Below, one piece after another: positions 21,381 through 22,689 of a DNA stretch of 22,689 nt. Origin of the DNA: Octopus sinensis. Lineage: Eukaryota. The notes below the pieces were generated by a model, which did not search any database, had not been told where the DNA came from, and was given only the letters and a program-made list of their open reading frames with translations. Position numbers and translations under genes: made by a program. Each line of letters begins with the position of its first letter. The stretch's first letter is position 1. Location: positions 1-22,689 of the forward strand of contig NW_021823703.1 in NCBI RefSeq assembly GCF_006345805.1, in the 5' to 3' direction.

Positions 21381-21420
21381 TCCGCTGATGAGAGCAGAAT
21401 AATACTGAAACATGTCTGGA
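21381..21420 (+). ncRNA. Minimal hammerhead-ribozyme-like motif (Penelope type), stem II damaged
   Basis: TCCG-CTGATGA-GAGCAG-AATAATA-CT-GAAA-CAT-GTC-TGGA. Stem I UCCG/UGGA, exact CUGAUGA and GAAA, palindromic ACAUGU stem III, GUC triplet. Confidence 0.6.
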
Positions 21421-21629
21421 ATTTTTGCCCCTTCATGCTAGAAAGATAAAAATAACTGTTTTCAACGAATAACGTTTTCTACTGCTTCTCATCACTTATT
21501 TATTTTTAGTTAGTTTTGTTTGATATTCCCTAAATTAAACATATTAAGACTAACCTCCTTCTTGTTTTTCCACCACTCACTGAAGATATTTAACCAAAGG
21601 AATAGCAACAGAAATCTAGCAAGATTCAG

Positions 21630-21850
21630 AAATCCTTTAGATTATTTCTAATTCTGGTACAAGTCCAGTAATTTTGAGAGAAAGGGGCAAGTCGATTATG
21701 TTGCCCCTTTCTCAGTACATGAGTGGTACTTATTTTATCAATCCCGAAGGAACCGAAGGCAAAGTCTACCACGACGGATTATGAAACCAGAACGTAAAGA
21801 TCCAGAAGAAAGTGCAGCTACGCAATTTGTTCAGCGCGCTTAAAGAGTGC
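21630..21850 (-). mobile_element. SINE family 1 copy G, diverged
   Basis: GGTACAAG.CCAG.AATTTTG...AAGTCGATTA...GGTACTTATTTTATC.A.CCCGAA.G...AGGCAAAGTC...AGAACGTAAAG. Confidence 0.85.
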
Positions 21851-21993
21851 TTGCTCGTTGTCCTGGAAATCTCTTAAATTGAAAGCTTTGTTAAAGGTCT
21901 TCTCTGAATCAGTTTCTGCTACAGCTGTTCACTCATTTCCAATTCTGGCGCCATCTTGTCGCCTATAACAGCATTCTACCAAACATTATTTGA

Positions 21994-22135
21994 CCATGAC
22001 AGGGAAAGTTGTCATGGTAATACTTGCTCAGAGGCCTGCGCAAAGTTGCAGAAAGTGTACGGAGAGGAGTGTATGAACCGCACACAAGTGTACGAGTGGT
22101 TCAGACGTTTCCAAAATGGCTGAAAAAATGTTAAT
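21994..22135 (+). mobile_element. Mariner transposase N-terminal (HTH) fragment, copy 1
   Basis: ATG ACA GGG AAA GTT, then out of frame GNTCSEACAKLQKVYGEECMNRTQVYEWFRRFQNG*KNVN, matching the mariner ...YG..M.RT.V.EW..RF..G helix-turn-helix. Confidence 0.85.
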
Positions 22136-22194
22136 CTTTTCTTCGATCTTAGTGTGACGAAGTAAAAATAAAGGAAATGACTAAACCACCCATA

Positions 22195-22340
22195 ACCGGG
22201 TGGTCAAAGAGTTTGCTTTGCAACTATATGGTCCCACGTTCGATCTCACCGTCCAATACTGTGGAAAAGTATATTCTATCAAAGCCTTATAAAGGAATTC
22301 TGAGAGAGGTAAGTATTGTGGAAACTCATCAGAGAAACAG
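22195..22340 (+). mobile_element. SINE family 2 tRNA-like head, old and diverged
   Basis: GGGTGGTCAAAGAGTTTGCTT..CAAC.A.ATGGT with B-box GTTCGATCTC (22238-22247); later CAAAGCCTT...GGAAACT matches the reverse complement of 808-895. Confidence 0.6.
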
Positions 22341-22601
22341 TTCATGCTCTTAAGTGAAACTATTCTTTTATCAAGTTGAAATGCTCCGATTTCCAGTATT
22401 CAGAGTTGTTCACTTCTGATCGTCTGTTGGTAAACCGAGTCTGGTTTTCTTTTGAAATATCCACTGCTTGAACATGTTTAGAAATATGGAATGACGGTTT
22501 GAAGAAAACGCTTATTCTTATGTTCTTTCGTTTAAAAACCTTTGTGAACGACACCTGCGAAAAAAGAAAACATAGTGATAAGCGTGTGATCGTCGCATTG
22601 G

Positions 22602-22689
22602 CCATGACAGGGAAAGTTGTCATGGTAATACTTGCTCAGAGGCCTACGCAAAGTTGCAGAAAGTGTATGGAGAGGGGTGTATGAACCGC
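22602..22689 (+). mobile_element. Mariner transposase N-terminal fragment, copy 2 (runs off window)
   Basis: 88 nt with 3 mismatches to 21994-22081. Confidence 0.85.

Overview
Eukaryotic non-genic (intronic or intergenic) DNA, very probably from an octopus. The species call rests on my recall of the SINE families, not on a search. I could not support any host protein-coding exon. Nearly all ORFs in the supplied track are artefacts of very long microsatellite blocks ((TACA)n, (ATCT)n, (GAT)n, (ACC)n, (ATT)n). Between these blocks lie decayed mobile elements: (1) two tRNA-derived SINE families, about 15 copies or fragments; (2) a full-length decayed DD41D-type Tc1/mariner with TIRs (4778-6016); (3) an internally deleted mariner with perfect 30-bp TIRs nested in a SINE (18060-18617), plus two mariner N-terminal fragments; (4) L1/Tx1-clade LINE fragments (RT and ORF2 C-terminus); (5) the 3' end of an R4/Dong-clade LINE with a restriction-like endonuclease; (6) Penelope-like remnants, three of which carry minimal hammerhead-ribozyme-like motifs with palindromic stem III. 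The most interesting signal is a possible (ATT)n/(AAT)n-homing retroposon system. An unclassified ~555-bp non-coding element occurs three times, always bordered by (ATT)n. One SINE family is stacked head-to-tail through (AAT)n linkers. The R4/Dong fragment's 5' junction lies in an (AAT)n tract.
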